A DNA stretch of 64,000 bases, taken from positions 42,036,001 through 42,100,000 of the forward strand of contig OX597820.1 of NCBI GenBank assembly GCA_951406725.2, read 5' to 3'. This document shows positions 14,201 through 28,040 of the stretch, piece after piece (the stretch's first letter is position 1; every line of letters begins with the position of its first letter). The notes under the pieces are model-generated. The model was not told the origin of the DNA. It worked only from the letters and a program-made list of their open reading frames with translations, and searched no databases. Made by a program: the position numbers and the translations under genes. The DNA is from Octopus vulgaris. Its lineage: Eukaryota.

Positions 14201-15541
14201 GTATAACCAGGCAAAATATTGGCTGCTGTACCTGAAAATAACCTGAACAATTATATAGAACATAGTGTATATATATTTCACATATAGTTCATTTATTCGA
14301 GACTTAAAATCTAAACAGAAATTCTCTTTCCTTCTCTCTCCAACGTCTCTCTATTACACACACACACACACTCACAAACACACACACTCTCTCTCACTCA
14401 CACACACTCTCACACTCACACACACACAAATAAGCATACACATATACACACAAACATATTTTTTTCCATAAGATTTTATGCTTTTTTCGATATCTCCCAG
14501 CCAACATCACATATGTATAAATACATATAAGTCTTGAAACCACCAACCATCTAACTTATATAGCTCAAATATTCTCGCTGTGTGAGTAAAGAAAACACAA
14601 GGAAAGATTTCCTTAAAATAATCTTCATAAGAAACATATTACATCTCTTTTTTTCTAACTACATGAAAGGAAAATGAAAATATATTCTTATTGTGTTTTT
14701 TTGTATTTAAACTTGACATATAAAGGAATCAAATTCTGAAGAGGTGTTTGAAAAATATGAATAACAGTAATGCCGCCGACTAGACAAATATCAACAAATA
14801 ATAAAGTGAAATCCCCTGAAATGGTGTAGCTGCTATGCGCAATCTAGAATTGCAGAAAGTTTTATTAATTGGCCATGATTGTTTATTCTTAAAGTTATAT
14901 AATACACTAAGAGGTATCCACCAATTACATTCCATATGAACAAATGAATGGTAGAATTAATTCATACAGGAAATGTATCAAGGCATGAGATTCATGCAGA
15001 AATCATTAGGTCCAATTTAGATATATCTCTTCAACACAATAGATATAACTGTATGGACAGTAAGTGTGGTATATTTTCTATTTGCACAGGTTGGAGGAAA
15101 TAGATGGATTAGAACATGGTTGGCCTCTGTCTGCTAGTCGAACGATGATTTTATAGCTGCCCTTCAATTGTCACATATGTGTGCGTGTGATCATATGTAT
15201 GTACATACATAGATATTTGATTGCAATTATGTGTACATATATATGTGTGTGTGTCTATGTGTGTGTGTGCATTCCCCCTCTTTCTGTATACATATGCACG
15301 TATACACATGCGTGTGCACGCGTTATATATCATATTATGTACTCATTTCAATGCACACATTTATAGACACATTCTATAGGCTTCAGTTATAATAGTATGG
15401 TTGTCTTTCTTTCCCACTTCCACACCACACACCCTTTCACATAAATTGAAAGGAAAATACGAAGATAAATATATGCATAAGGAGACAGACAATTAGATAG
15501 ATAGCCGGATTGATTTTTTTTTATTTAAACATAAGTTTTGC

Positions 15542-15572
<31 letters not shown>

Positions 15573-16200
15573 CATACATACATACATACATACATACATA
15601 CAAACACACATATAATTATATACGTGTGTGTGTGTGTGTGTGCGAGAGTGTATTTATATTTATATATACAAATACATATATATATATTTATACATATATA
15701 AATAGGTAGCTAAATTAGTGAAAGTGAGATGTACATACATTGCTTACATAATACATATATGTATATATTTACACACACACCCATGCACACACACACTCAT
15801 ACACACACACAAACACACACACATATATGTATGTACTTACACAATACGTGAATAGACAGTAGCTTCAATATTCTTATTAACACACACTAAGTAGGAAACA
15901 ATTTTGTGTTTTCTATTTAATTTCATTTCAAAAGAAAATGCACTTCTCTCTTAATATATTTCTCCGCTACCAACTACACCATCCTAACCACACACCTTCA
16001 ATAACTAGTCTTGTATGTTAGCCTAATGTTTGTTCCATAATTCCACACCATTTAACCCGCCATAAAGTATTAAGTATATCATTATTCATGAATTGAAATT
16101 TTTCTGTTATTAGATTGAATTTGCTAAAAATCTATTTCAGTAGAAAAATATCCCACGAAAAAAGAACATAATAATAACAAATAAAAATTAAAGAATACAG

Positions 16201-16214
16201 TTTATTATTATTAC

Positions 16215-16255
<41 letters not shown>

Positions 16256-16270
16256 GCATCATCATCGTCG

Positions 16271-16308
<38 letters not shown>

Positions 16309-16331
16309 GTCGTCATCATCATCATCATCAT
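16201..16331. repeat. Compound (ATT)n(CAT)n microsatellite
   Basis: Directly visible. Confidence 0.97.
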
Positions 16332-16899
16332 TTCGAGTGTTGAAAATATCGAATAATAATCAAAGCATATTACAATTATACCTTTATAATCATTGAAGAT
16401 GGTGAGATTTAAGAGATTCAAATGGAAATGGGTTGATTGCAGAGAATAGAAGAGTTGTTTTACAGGATCTGGTTACACAGTTAATTTATTTTCCCATCAT
16501 GTTTATCACGTGGATTAGAAGCCTTTAAGCGAGTGGAACCGAACCTTTCTTATTGCGGTGAGAAAGTATCTCGAATACCGACTCACTATAAACTAAATAT
16601 TGGTCGCTTATATGTCCTCCTTTTTGCTTAAGAAATCTGAAACTCAGAAAAAGCCTTTCCAATGTTTCAGATAGCATCTTTTTTGAAAAAGGATAAACTA
16701 GTAAATTTAGTTGGTATTCAGAAAACTCGCCGTTAAATATCGCATCACCCTCACCTCAATTCACTATATTTTGATGTTACTTACCAGCTGCAATTTGGTA
16801 AATTAAAACGAAGGAAGACACAAGATAACAGGTAACAATGAAAATGATGACAGTGGAAATGTTCATACAAAGTGGGTGAATGATGAAACAAAGTAGGTT

Positions 16900-17780
16900 T
16901 TCTTCCAATGATTAATGAATCAACAATGAAGTTTGAAGAACATAATTTGTTTTGGCAGAGATATTTATGTATTATATGTGTTGATCGAAGTTTCAAAATC
17001 ACAGGAGTTGGATCTACATAGTAAGATTGTAATTTATCGAACAATAAGTTTCATCACCCGAGAAGAAAGATTTTTAAGTATATACTTCGAAATTGTATTT
17101 CGATTGGTGTGATCACCAATCCATCTTATTTCTAGATATGGTAATAGTAGCAGAATAGTTTTGGACATTAGAGATCTAAAACTTTAACGAACTTCTTTCA
17201 TACTAATTTAGAATGTTACATTCAAAGTATTGTTAGTATAATTTTTTCTCGGTATGCACGATGTCATCGAAGCATTTCGAGTTGAAATATTCCAAACCAA
17301 ATAGTGACACTTGATCATGACCAGTGTTTCCAAGAAGATTTATTTTATGATATTTACTTATTTGATTTTAGTCCCCTACACAACTTGGATGATATGGAAT
17401 CAGCCAGCACCATATTTAATTCTTTCGCCGTGGAACTTAATGACCGGTGAAGATAAATTTAATTATCTAACACACCGAGAAAGGTATTTTAGCACTGTAA
17501 ATTTTAGCAGTTATTCTGCTAAGAGATTACAGAACATTTGCGAATATCATGAATTTAATCTCGCTGTCGATATGCACAAACAAACTAGCAGCAATAAGCA
17601 ACGAAATATACACAATGCTGAAAAATAACTGCAAAACAAGCTATTAGAAAGTGTTAAAACTTTACTTAACGTAGAAATGTGAGGATTGTACCATATTTTT
17701 GACATAAGATATTTGTGGGAAAAGGAGCTAGAGCACATTGTACTACGTATAAAACTCACTGCAAATTTGGTTATGAATAA
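16900..17780 (+). pseudogene. Possible heavily decayed piggyBac-type (DDD) transposase
   Basis: Collinear look-alikes of the three catalytic blocks: INESTMKFEEHNLFWQ (about 16911; cf. IDESMIPFKGR), KKIYFMIFTY (about 17335; cf. KLYFDNFFTS), ICEYHEFNLAVDMHKQ (about 17540; cf. YNxxMGGVDxxDQ), then a Cys-containing tail ARAHCTTYKTHC. Motif spacing deviates from canonical and no TIR/TTAA was found. Confidence 0.4.
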
Positions 17781-17882
17781 ACTAATTTTAACGAAATTTT
17801 TTATGAAATTTTTAACGAAATGTTTAACTAAATATCTATAAACGGCAAGCAGGAGGAGAACCGGGATATTAGAAAGAAGAAA

Positions 17883-17933
17883 ATGATGATGATGAAGAAG
17901 AAGAAGAAGAAGAAGAAGAAGAAGAAGAAGAAG

Positions 17934-17965
<32 letters not shown>

Positions 17966-17971
17966 GAAGAA

Positions 17972-18014
<43 letters not shown>

Positions 18015-18022
18015 GTGGTGGT
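17883..18022. repeat. Compound (GAT)n(GAA)n(GAT)n(GGT)n microsatellite
   Basis: Directly visible; explains the poly-H/poly-L ORF 17547-18089. Confidence 0.97.
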
Positions 18023-18258
18023 GGGGTGGTGACGAAAAAGAAATGCAATTAATGCTTATGATGAACAACAAAGAGCTCGGGGATTCCACAGGAATAGATC
18101 ATTAGTTGAAAGATGAGAGACATCTAAACAAGGTACGGAGACTCAATAATGGCAGTAGTATTGCTTTCGGACAGTATTGGACGTCGCATATGAATATTTT
18201 ATTGATGACTCACCAACACCGAGAAAAAAGTCGTAGTCACAACGCGCGCGCAGAAGCA

Positions 18259-18290
<32 letters not shown>

Positions 18291-19214
18291 ATACTAATGC
18301 GTTCATCATTGTCTATATGAGGTATATATTGTTATTTATGCATGTTTCATCATATACATGACTATGTTCATGTATCAATTTTACTTTAGATTACACTTAA
18401 TTTCCAAATTTATATTTTCACGCATGATTCTTAAATTTCTGTCCGAGGTTTCCAGACTTGCATAGTCTCAGTTTTAATTACTCAGTATAAAGAATGGTAT
18501 ATATTAATAATTTACTACAAAAACACTACGGCAACAATCTTCTCATCAATAACATGTAACAATTTTATAAGCCAGACTGCAAACTGTTGATGACCGATGT
18601 GGGCAATATATTTGACTAAAACTGAAGGTTACAACTTTAGGAGTTCAACTGTTACAGTGGACAACGCTCTCATGTACGTGAACATTGGCCTTGTAGCATG
18701 GAGCTCTATTATACTGCACACCGCAAAACAAAATGAAATTCGAAAATCATACAGAACGTTAACGTACTTTATAAAATTCCAAGTTAAATTTTTATGAGTG
18801 TTTTCACATGCTAATTATGATATTGTACTTTCATATGAGCATAGTTCTCATAACAATGTAGAAGTTTATAATGGAAACAATACTTATATCTCCACACAAT
18901 GTAATAATTCACTAGGGAACACACAGATGCAAAGTTAATACATAGCAACTGCTATGAAATAAAAAGAGAACCTTTCGCTAGTGAAGAGGCCATATATTTC
19001 CTCTTCTTAAAATAAGACAGTGCAGGCAAGAAAAAATCGGATATGAATTTTGGAACTCAATTGTTACAAACAAACTATAAAAAAAAGAAAGTACGAAGAT
19101 AGATGTAAAGAAAGAAAGAAAGAAAGAAAGAAGGAAAGAAACCTATCTTGCGAACTTAAAACCTTCGATTCGAACACAGAGCGTAGCTTCATGAATATGC
19201 GCATTTAATATAAC

Positions 19215-19410
19215 ACTTGTTCCGACGAAGCATTCAGAAGTCAGTTGTATAACCTGTGCCTGAAATTCAAAGGTCAGATTTCTCAACTTCATGCCACGCT
19301 GATATTAACGAAGGAAGACTATATATGTGACTCTAGTATTAGCATCCCTTCGTTAGTCCCAGTTAGCAAGTTGTCGACTAGTGGATCTACTTGTGGACCA
19401 GACGTAGATA
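19215..19410 (+). mobile_element. Decayed SINE-like element (third family)
   Basis: tgtgcctgaaattcaaaggtcag...gccacgctgatat...agcaagttgtcgactagtggatctacttg resembles an octopus SINE body recalled from memory; no second copy in the window confirms it. Confidence 0.4.
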
Positions 19411-19798
19411 TGGAGATAACAGCACACGATAGGATGGTTTCATCGAAGGAAATACTGGTTCAATGACTAGTATTATGGGGGAATTAATTTTCTTACAATA
19501 ATAGGTACATATATAAAAACATATAGTCTATGTACATATAAAAGAAGAAAAAAAATGGAGATTGGGAAGTTAATAATTGTTTACTGTTAACAGGAAGTTA
19601 AACATCATCCCTTACAGCTGTTTCAATTAATACTCAGTAAATATTGATTAAATATTAAACTTTTATGACTTGAACATAATATCATCAGAGGATAAAAAAA
19701 TATACATTCGGATGTTTGATATGTGTATATGGATTCAGTATTGCAGACTGAATCAAACACAAAACTTTGAAGGATATATTCTCACCTCTGAAGATATT

Positions 19799-19967
<169 letters not shown>

Positions 19968-20367
19968 GGCTTTCTCTTTTGACTTCTTGACTTACGAGTT
20001 TCTCCACAACTCTTGGGTTTTCATATTCGAATATGGCTTCGTGTGAAGGTAAAATTACGAACGTTTAAATACCTGCTATCATCACTGCAAATTTCTTGCA
20101 CTCTCTTTGAATTGGTCAGTAAGATGCACCTATATTCAATCAGGGGTCATCACTGCTGTCAGCCAATATTGCAATTTTGCTAAGTAAAATTGATTCATCG
20201 GTTGATAGTCAATACGACGTGTGAAATAGGCGTTACATAGTAAAGTGATATACTCTTCACTCATCTTCCTTTCCTCACTCTCTCTTTTTATCCCTCTGTT
20301 CTGTCCATTGTTATGGACATACACACAGATTCAGAGGACAACGGATAACAGATCAACTTTGATAAAC

Positions 20368-20419
<52 letters not shown>

Positions 20420-20827
20420 GGAGGGTGGTGGTGAGAAACAGAGAAGTAATAGAAGAGTCTACATTTATAGTGCTGAAGTGCAATTATTCCTACTTATTAA
20501 TATTTTTTTCACGATCCGAAATGATGTGTTATTATTGTAAAATCCATATCTCTCTCCTTTTTTTGCCCTTCCCATTAGAAAAAAGATGCATAATAACATC
20601 ATATATTTACAATTGAGGCAATGAGGTATCTATAGATGAAGACTTGATCTGTTAGAAATGGCAGAGACATTTTTATTGAAACATCTCACCCACTAAACAT
20701 AATGTCTTGAAAAGTATAGTGCATGAACATGTGCTTGGAATAAGTGATTCACGGTTGCTTTGGGAATGAAAACTGGTCACGACAGTCGTCGTAGATTGTT
20801 GATTACTGCCTAAAAAAACTAGACTTC

Positions 20828-20905
20828 TATCTATAAAAGCATATTATTTTATTAGTGCTTATATATATATATAAGCATTATTAAAATAATATGCGTTTAT
20901 AGATA
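20828..20905. repeat. 78-bp near-perfect palindrome centred on a short (TA)n
   Basis: 39-bp arms with 36 Watson-Crick pairs, 1 G-T and 2 mismatches: tatctataaaagcatattattttattagtgcttatatat|atatataagcattattaaaataatatgcgtttatagata. Confidence 0.93.
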
Positions 20906-21390
20906 TAAATTTGTCATTCATTTGAAAGGTGCTCTCACATGGCTAAAAGTTGTCTTGACTCTTACTTCTAGCAATGCTGGTGCTTACTAGTACCCTCAAA
21001 TACTACATTCATGGCGACTTCTCCAGCTTAAATCATTAACTGTTTTATTTCTACGATTATAAATAGTAAAAACGCATTTTACTTACCAAACTGTCGTTAT
21101 GCAGAGCAGACCTAAAAATGATGTATATATCTTATACCTCGTGGAATCACGCGAACACTTACGTAAGTACTTCTTACAGTTTACTTGAAGTCTACACCAT
21201 ACACACTCGCGAGTGCCCATTTAGACCTAATCTATGTAAAGGATAACTCAGTAACATGCTCGCATATAAATACAGAGATATAGAGAGACAAGAATTCAGA
21301 GAAACCCGTTTTCAAAGTGATTTCCGTTGAGCGGTGCATTACTGAGTCATCTTTTACGTAGATTCAGCAGAAATGCCATTATTATTTTTA

Positions 21391-21535
21391 TGTAGTTTCC
21401 TTTCAGGCTTGCTTGAACCGACCAATGATCAAATGTATTTTGAACATGACAATCCCTGTCTATATTTGTTTAAGATGTTAAGGCTTCGCTTGAAGGAGAT
21501 TTAAGCGATATATTTAACTGTTTGAATGACCACAC
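21391..21535 (-). mobile_element. Dispersed repeat family 2 (SINE/LINE 3' tail), decayed copy
   Basis: ttgaaccgaccaatgatcaaatgtattttgaacatgacaatccctgtc aligns by eye with 47345-47400 and with the reverse complement of 29790-29877. Confidence 0.6.
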
Positions 21536-22413
21536 ATCAGATTTCATCGTTGACACTTTCACAAAATATAATAAATATTTCTCGCCGTGTTGTGTTTTCC
21601 GTAGTAAATGAAGAACAGTGAGAAAAGTAATTTCGAAATCATTGTCATTAGCGTTTCAAAATTATTTAAACAATGATGTAGCTGTTTTAGCCTTTGTATT
21701 TGAACTTTCATATATATCACTAAAACCAAATTTTAACTAAATCACTTCTTTTTTTTTCCTCTTCTTTTCTCTACTCACTAAAAGCGAGAAAAACCAATAT
21801 AATTCTCAAAAATTAGCTGGAATGTTGACATTTGTGTTTGGTTTTGCAAAGAGAGAGTTCAATTCTATGCACATATAGAACTGCATACTAAATATAAGTC
21901 GAGTGCATATATTGGATATGCAAACAAAGTGTAACACTTTCAGTAAGTTAAGCAAATATATACTTAGATCAAAAGTATACTTGCTCTAGATTCAAAGCCG
22001 TATTAAACATACGAATTTCCTACTTCACTTTTAAGCTGAAGCTTGCATAAAGACAAGTGCTTAACATTTTAGGCACAAATGTATGTGTATATATGAATGT
22101 ATGAATATATGCACACACACACATACCCACATATACATACATATATGTGTGTGTGCATATGTTTGTATCTGTGTCTATGTGTGTTACGTATGTGTTCACT
22201 ATACATATCGTATATACGCATAAAATCAAATACAGTTGTTTATATCAGCACTATATGGGGCCTGACTACGTCATAGAATAATTTCCCTGAAACAACGTCC
22301 CCTGTGAGAGACATCAAAATGTGTTCATTTAAAGGCATGCAAATACAAATATTAACACGTTAACAGATCTAAGGGAATATATACATATATATATATGTAT
22401 GTATATATATATA

Positions 22414-22470
<57 letters not shown>

Positions 22471-23106
22471 AATAGAACACCACCATATATACTAGCTCAT
22501 CAGTTTAAATTGCGTTGCGCAGTGTGGATTTTCTTGAAGGTGGAACAGATTTTCAATCTAATGATTTCTGGTAGGCACCTCTGTGTATCTTACTGCTTGA
22601 AAAATATAGTACGCTACGCAAAGCTGTCGCAAGACTTTCACCAATAAGCAGAGTCTGAAAGAACTGATCTAACTCTATATTTGTTAAAAGACTCTGCTTG
22701 TAAAAGTTTTATATAAATGTAGTTTGACGTTTGCTAGTCAATGAACCGAGTTTACCCTTTTGTTTTTATAGTATGTTCGAAATATTTCATTTATATTGTG
22801 AATACTTAAGAGAATGTCATATGGCCCCCACCCATTTTATCATACATCTGAGAACTTTTGTTTGAAAAATAAAAATGTTTCTCTTAACTTAACGGCACTC
22901 CTTAAATTAATATTGCTCCGCAATAAAACAGAGATTGTAATGGTTCCTTTTGATCAATTATCGTTAAACCGTTATCAGTGATGATGATAATAAAGCGGGA
23001 TATTCATTCTTTAACCGTGTGGTATTTATTAGCGTATCTGCAAATCTGAGCAGGAATCCAGCCTGTCGCATTATCGTCATCTAAAATAGCTCTTAATATG
23101 AGTTCG

Positions 23107-23537
23107 AAGGTGACAAGCCGGCAGAACTGTTTGCACGCCGGCGAGCTGGTAGAAACGTTAGCACGCCGGGTGAAATGCTTAGCGGTATTTCGTCTGCCGT
23201 TGCGTTCTGAGTTCAAATTCCGCCGAGGTCGACCTTGCCTTTCATCCCTTCGGGGTCGATTAAATAAGTACTAGTTACGTACTGGGGTCGATATAATCGA
23301 CTTAATCCGTTTGTCTGTCCTTTTTTTGTCCTCTCTGTGTTTAGCCCCCTGTGGGTAGTAAAGAAATAAGCATTTCGTCCGTCTTTACGTTCTGAGGCAA
23401 AATTCTGCCGTCGTTGACTTTGCTTTTTATCTCTTCATGGTAGATATAATATGTACTAGCTGAGCACTGAAGTCGACGTAATCGACTTACTCTTCCCCGA
23501 TTTTGCGGGCCTTGTGCCAAAATTTGAAATCAATATT
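23107..23537 (+). mobile_element. Composite SINE: old head (23107-23138) + young family-1 copy with tail type A (23139-23369) + older 3' half with tail type B (23370-23537)
   Basis: Young copy: ggcgagctggtagaaacgttagcacgccggg (A box), ctgagttcaaattccgccg (B box), gcctttcatcccttcggggtcgat core, ttagccccctgtgggtagtaaagaaata tail. The flanks are more diverged versions of the same head and body. Confidence 0.92.
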
Positions 23538-23547
23538 AGTTTTAATT

Positions 23548-23764
23548 AGAGCGATGAGCTGGCAGAATCGTTAGCACGCCAGGCAAAATGCTTAACGGAA
23601 TTTCGTTTGTCTTTATACTCTGAGTTCAAATTTTTGCCGAAGTTGACTTTACCTTTCAGCCTTTCAGGGTCGATAAAATAAGTAGCAGCTGAGCATCAGT
23701 GCTCAACTGCTACTTATTTTATCGACCCTGAACTTGCTGGCTTTGTGCCAAAATTTAAATCAAT
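23548..23764 (+). mobile_element. tRNA-derived SINE (family 1), full length, tail type B, carrying an internal 70-nt foldback
   Basis: gagctggcagaatcgttagcacgcc head, tgagttcaaattt B box, ttgtgccaaaatttaaatcaat tail; attagttt on both flanks; 33-bp inverted arms at 23663-23695 and 23700-23732. Confidence 0.92.
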
Positions 23765-26700
23765 ATTAGTTTCATCGATGTTGCACAAAAAATGCAAGAA
23801 ATAGATGTGGCTATAATGCCTTTCTCAAAGCTTTTCCTGACTTATATGATAGGAAATAGCTTCAATTACGTCTAGAATCCCGGTCATTGACTAGAAGTTC
23901 ATATCTTACTCTACTGCATTAAACAGTAGTTTCTTAATATTAAAGCTCTTCCTTGCCGCTGTCCTCGTTGACATCCTATTTATTCTCGGTTTATTTCTCC
24001 TCTTCTTAAATTGGGCAGTAACTCTGTAATCATTATTACATTACGGGAAATCAAGGTAAATGTTTCTATTTATTTTATTCAACTGATTTATATGTGTATT
24101 TATTCCATTATGTATTTATTTGGTTATTCAGTACAGGCGAAATAGGGGTTGTTGAAAGAATGCTTTCGATATTCTTATTTTGCCGACAGCATCGAGAAGG
24201 AAATGCTGCCATGTAGATTTACTGTATAAATGAAGTCAAAAGGCAATGTAATGAAGAATGCGTCTATGGTGATATTGCAGTGTAATGTAAAGTGCAGGGT
24301 GTTGGTGGGGAAATAATGTTAAACAGTAACCGGATATATAAAGATTGACCAACCGAACTATGATTGATGGCAGATTGATGGATTACTGAAGAACAGTAAT
24401 ATTTCATTGATTACTTATTTGCTGTTTGAAACTGACTAGTTATCTTGAGTGAGATAATTGAATATTGTTGTGGCAACCAGAGGAAAGAAAATTTCCATCC
24501 TTCCCTTCGCTCACTAGCCAGCAAACCAGACGTTGTTGACATAATTACAAACCGTTTTGCACGGGGCGAGAGATGTAATTTATTGACAAGAGAAAAATCT
24601 TAAACAAATTTAGGACATACCGTAAAGAAAACACAAATACACATACAAACACACACACTCCCCTTCTCTCCCTCTCTCACTCAGACACACATAAACACTC
24701 ATACACACACACGCGCACAGGCACACACAAGCAGAAAAACAAATGCTTGCAAGGATACAAAGAAACAAAACATAAGGAAACATACAGACAAGCACACATA
24801 TCTATGTTATTTTTTTGTTCGGATGTGAGTTCATGTATGTATATATATGCTCGAATGCGTGTGTGTATTTGTGCGCGTATGTATATGCGAACATGGGTCT
24901 GTGTGTATGTTTGTGAATACAAACATACGCACACATTCATGCGCAGATAAAATAACCATTCAGATACAGTGATGCAGAGGAGAAGTAAAAAGAGAAGCGA
25001 TACAGAAAGAGTAATAGAAAACGAGAGAGAGAGAGAGAGAGAGACGATATAAGCACACAAAGTATTCGTGTTTACGTTAATGAAGGTCCAAATACGGAGA
25101 AAGGAGATGGAAGACTGGAAACGACACAAATATAATCGCATCCGATGGTGGGCGAGGGAAAGAAATTTTAATGCGCGTACGCTTACACAGAGAGATAAGG
25201 AATTATTCAAGGAAAGAATGGGCGAAACAAAAGACACACACAGACACACAGAACCGAAGAAAATTTCACACGTTCTCAAAAACTTATACACATTTTATAC
25301 ATTTTTCTAAGAATGCTTAGCAGGAAGAGGTAAATCAATTTAAAAATCAAGATTTATTTTATTTTATAGTTCTGATTTACTTAATTTATACTGCTCGGTT
25401 GGTAACTCAGTTTAAAGTAGAAATTACTTTCGAATTATAGTGAAAAAAAATTCAAAGCGGTCTAACGAAATAAATTAATATAATGAATAAAATTGGTTTA
25501 GTTTGATTTGACTGTAGTTTAAATTTCGTTTGACTTATCGCGCTTTATATCTCATTTCCTACAAAGAAAATTTAGTTGTACATTTTGTTGTTTTGAATAG
25601 TTTTCTCATAGAGTAAATTTCATGCTATGTTTCTATAACAATCCTCCTACGCTGTGCAGCAAAATACAAAGCTCTTCCTTCTTAGTGGTAAACAATTCAA
25701 TGAATTCACTACAATCACAGCACGGTGACAATTTATGTACATACATACATGCGTCCATACATGTGGGTGTGTTTATGTGTGTTTGTGTATGTGTGTGAAA
25801 CCCTTGGTGTACTTGCTAAAATATAAGCACCAACACAAATGCATTCGCACGTGTAAAATCAGAATGCATACACTACATCACACAGACGTGGAGGAGAGGG
25901 AAATGTGCTTACGACGCGAAAAGGGTGGTATTATCATCTCGACTGAGACATGTTTGATTATATATCTGCTATCCAGTCTTTTCAGGAGAATATAAAATTA
26001 CGTTATCTAGTGAGGCCCCGAACACTTTAACTGTGCCTAATGAAGGATTGGTTGCATTCTTTGCAGATCGAGTGATCCCATACAGGCTTCCCATTTAGAC
26101 AGATGTGTGTATATTTCTTAGAGAAGAATGACCGGGATAAAATATCCAGTGCACCTACTGCGATAAAAACTAATTGTAATGTGAGGGTTAACGTCCGTTG
26201 TAAAAATGAACATTTAAATTAATAAAAAAATTCTTCACTACCTGTATACAACATATGTCATGCCGAGACTGAAAATCTCAGAAATGACAATCTGCAATCT
26301 TGTTTCGATATAGAGCGAAAATAAAAATAGTACATATATGTCAAATGTTATACTTTAATGTTGCCTGTTTTAAAATCGTATCTGATCCTTGGGTGTCTAT
26401 ATTAAAGCTCACTCTGTTACAAGTACTTGTACGAGATTATTTGTTGGACGAAATTCCTTTTCTTCCTATCACTAGTTTAGAATCTCTCAAAAATTCGTCG
26501 TTTATGGATACGTTTATAGTGCTTTTTTCCCCTGACTAAGAGTTAGAATGTGAATGAAGTAATTATAAGATTTATTAATCTAATAACTATGCGAAAGTAT
26601 ACGGAAATAACCTGAATGTGTACTTGTATATCTTGTATATGCGTGGATAAACGCGTTTACATTTATTGTTCCTTTCGGTTAAAAATAGTTCTGGAAATCA

Positions 26701-27343
26701 TACATGTTCATAATTATGTATAACATATCTTAATGTGAGGACAGCTAATAACACATACTAGGTCATAAGATATAAAAAAAAGTGTGACAGAATCTCTGAT
26801 AGAACTGATATAAGAAAATAAAGCATCCAGGTATTGAAGTATATTGAAGTAAATTTACATTAAATATTAACTGCGTTGACTCCACAGAAATGAACACTGT
26901 TAAAATTTACCTTGAACTTCTTTATCATGAAGTATGAAAGTAAAACACAAGTGATGGGTGGTTTCCTAATAGTAGAATTTTTAAGTGTTTAGTGGAGTAA
27001 GACAAGGTGAGATTCAGATAAGGCGTTATGTAAATAAGAATAGAATCGGTTGTAATAATATAAAAGAGGACACCGGGTGGAGGGAAGTGCGTATGTTATC
27101 TGAGATTTGTTACGTGTTATGAGTTAGTTTGTGCCATTCACTTTATTCTCAAAGAGTAATAATTAGTATTTGCCAATTTGAATACATTCTCTTTTCGATT
27201 TATTTCATAAAATTCACATATGTACGCCTGTGCAAATATGCTTCCTATAGTAGATACTTTTACACATATACATACACATTCGTGCGAATATATGTTTCTG
27301 TGTGCGTGCGTGTGTGTGTGTGTGAGAGTGAGAGTATGTGTGT

Positions 27344-27379
<36 letters not shown>

Positions 27380-27712
27380 ATGTGTGAGTGAGTGTGTGTG
27401 ATATACATCTTTCTCACCCTTTCTCTCGCATACTTGATATATGTATATCTGTGAATGACTGTGTATGCATATATATTCATGTATATTTCTATAAACAGGT
27501 GGAGTTTGATCTAAAGTTAATACAATGGTGTCAGTTTTACTGGTCATTCTCTTACGGATATGCAGCTTAATAATTTCTACTTTAAAGTGTTTTGTTTGCT
27601 GGATTAGCTTTTTCAAATCAATAAGCAATATAAGAGATATCATTTTACCGCCACACCTGGGCAAAAGCTTACCTGTAGTCATCAACTGTCGTATACATAC
27701 ACATACGCTCTC

Positions 27713-27713
<1 letters not shown>

Positions 27714-27743
<30 letters not shown>

Positions 27744-27991
27744 TGTATGTATGTATGTATGTATGTATGTATGTATGTATGCAGGTATGTGTCTGAGTGC
27801 GCACTCGTGCATCTGTATGAATATACTGTCATAATACAGAGTTTGAACGGAATATACACGTATTTCAATATTTCTGCGCCCTAAAGAAATTACTCATATA
27901 TATACATACATACATATATATACATATATATAATTATATATATATATATACCTATATATGTATATACATGTATATACATACATATATACAA

Positions 27992-28022
<31 letters not shown>

Positions 28023-28040
28023 ATATATATATATATATAT
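27714..28040. repeat. (TATG)n array and a nearby degenerate (TA)n block
   Basis: Directly visible at 27714-27782 and about 27896-28040. Confidence 0.95.

Noticed and set aside
15072-15156. Possible splice acceptor (ttttctatttgcacag|g) and short exon
   Set aside because: Frames close within about 25 codons, no clear donor, no recognisable peptide.
16574-16590. Near T7 promoter match aataccgactcactata
   Set aside because: It has an inserted base, lacks the GGG start and has no vector or phage context; treated as chance.
23139-23225. tRNA gene call from A and B boxes
   Set aside because: No cloverleaf, A-B spacing is too long, and it continues into a SINE core and tail.
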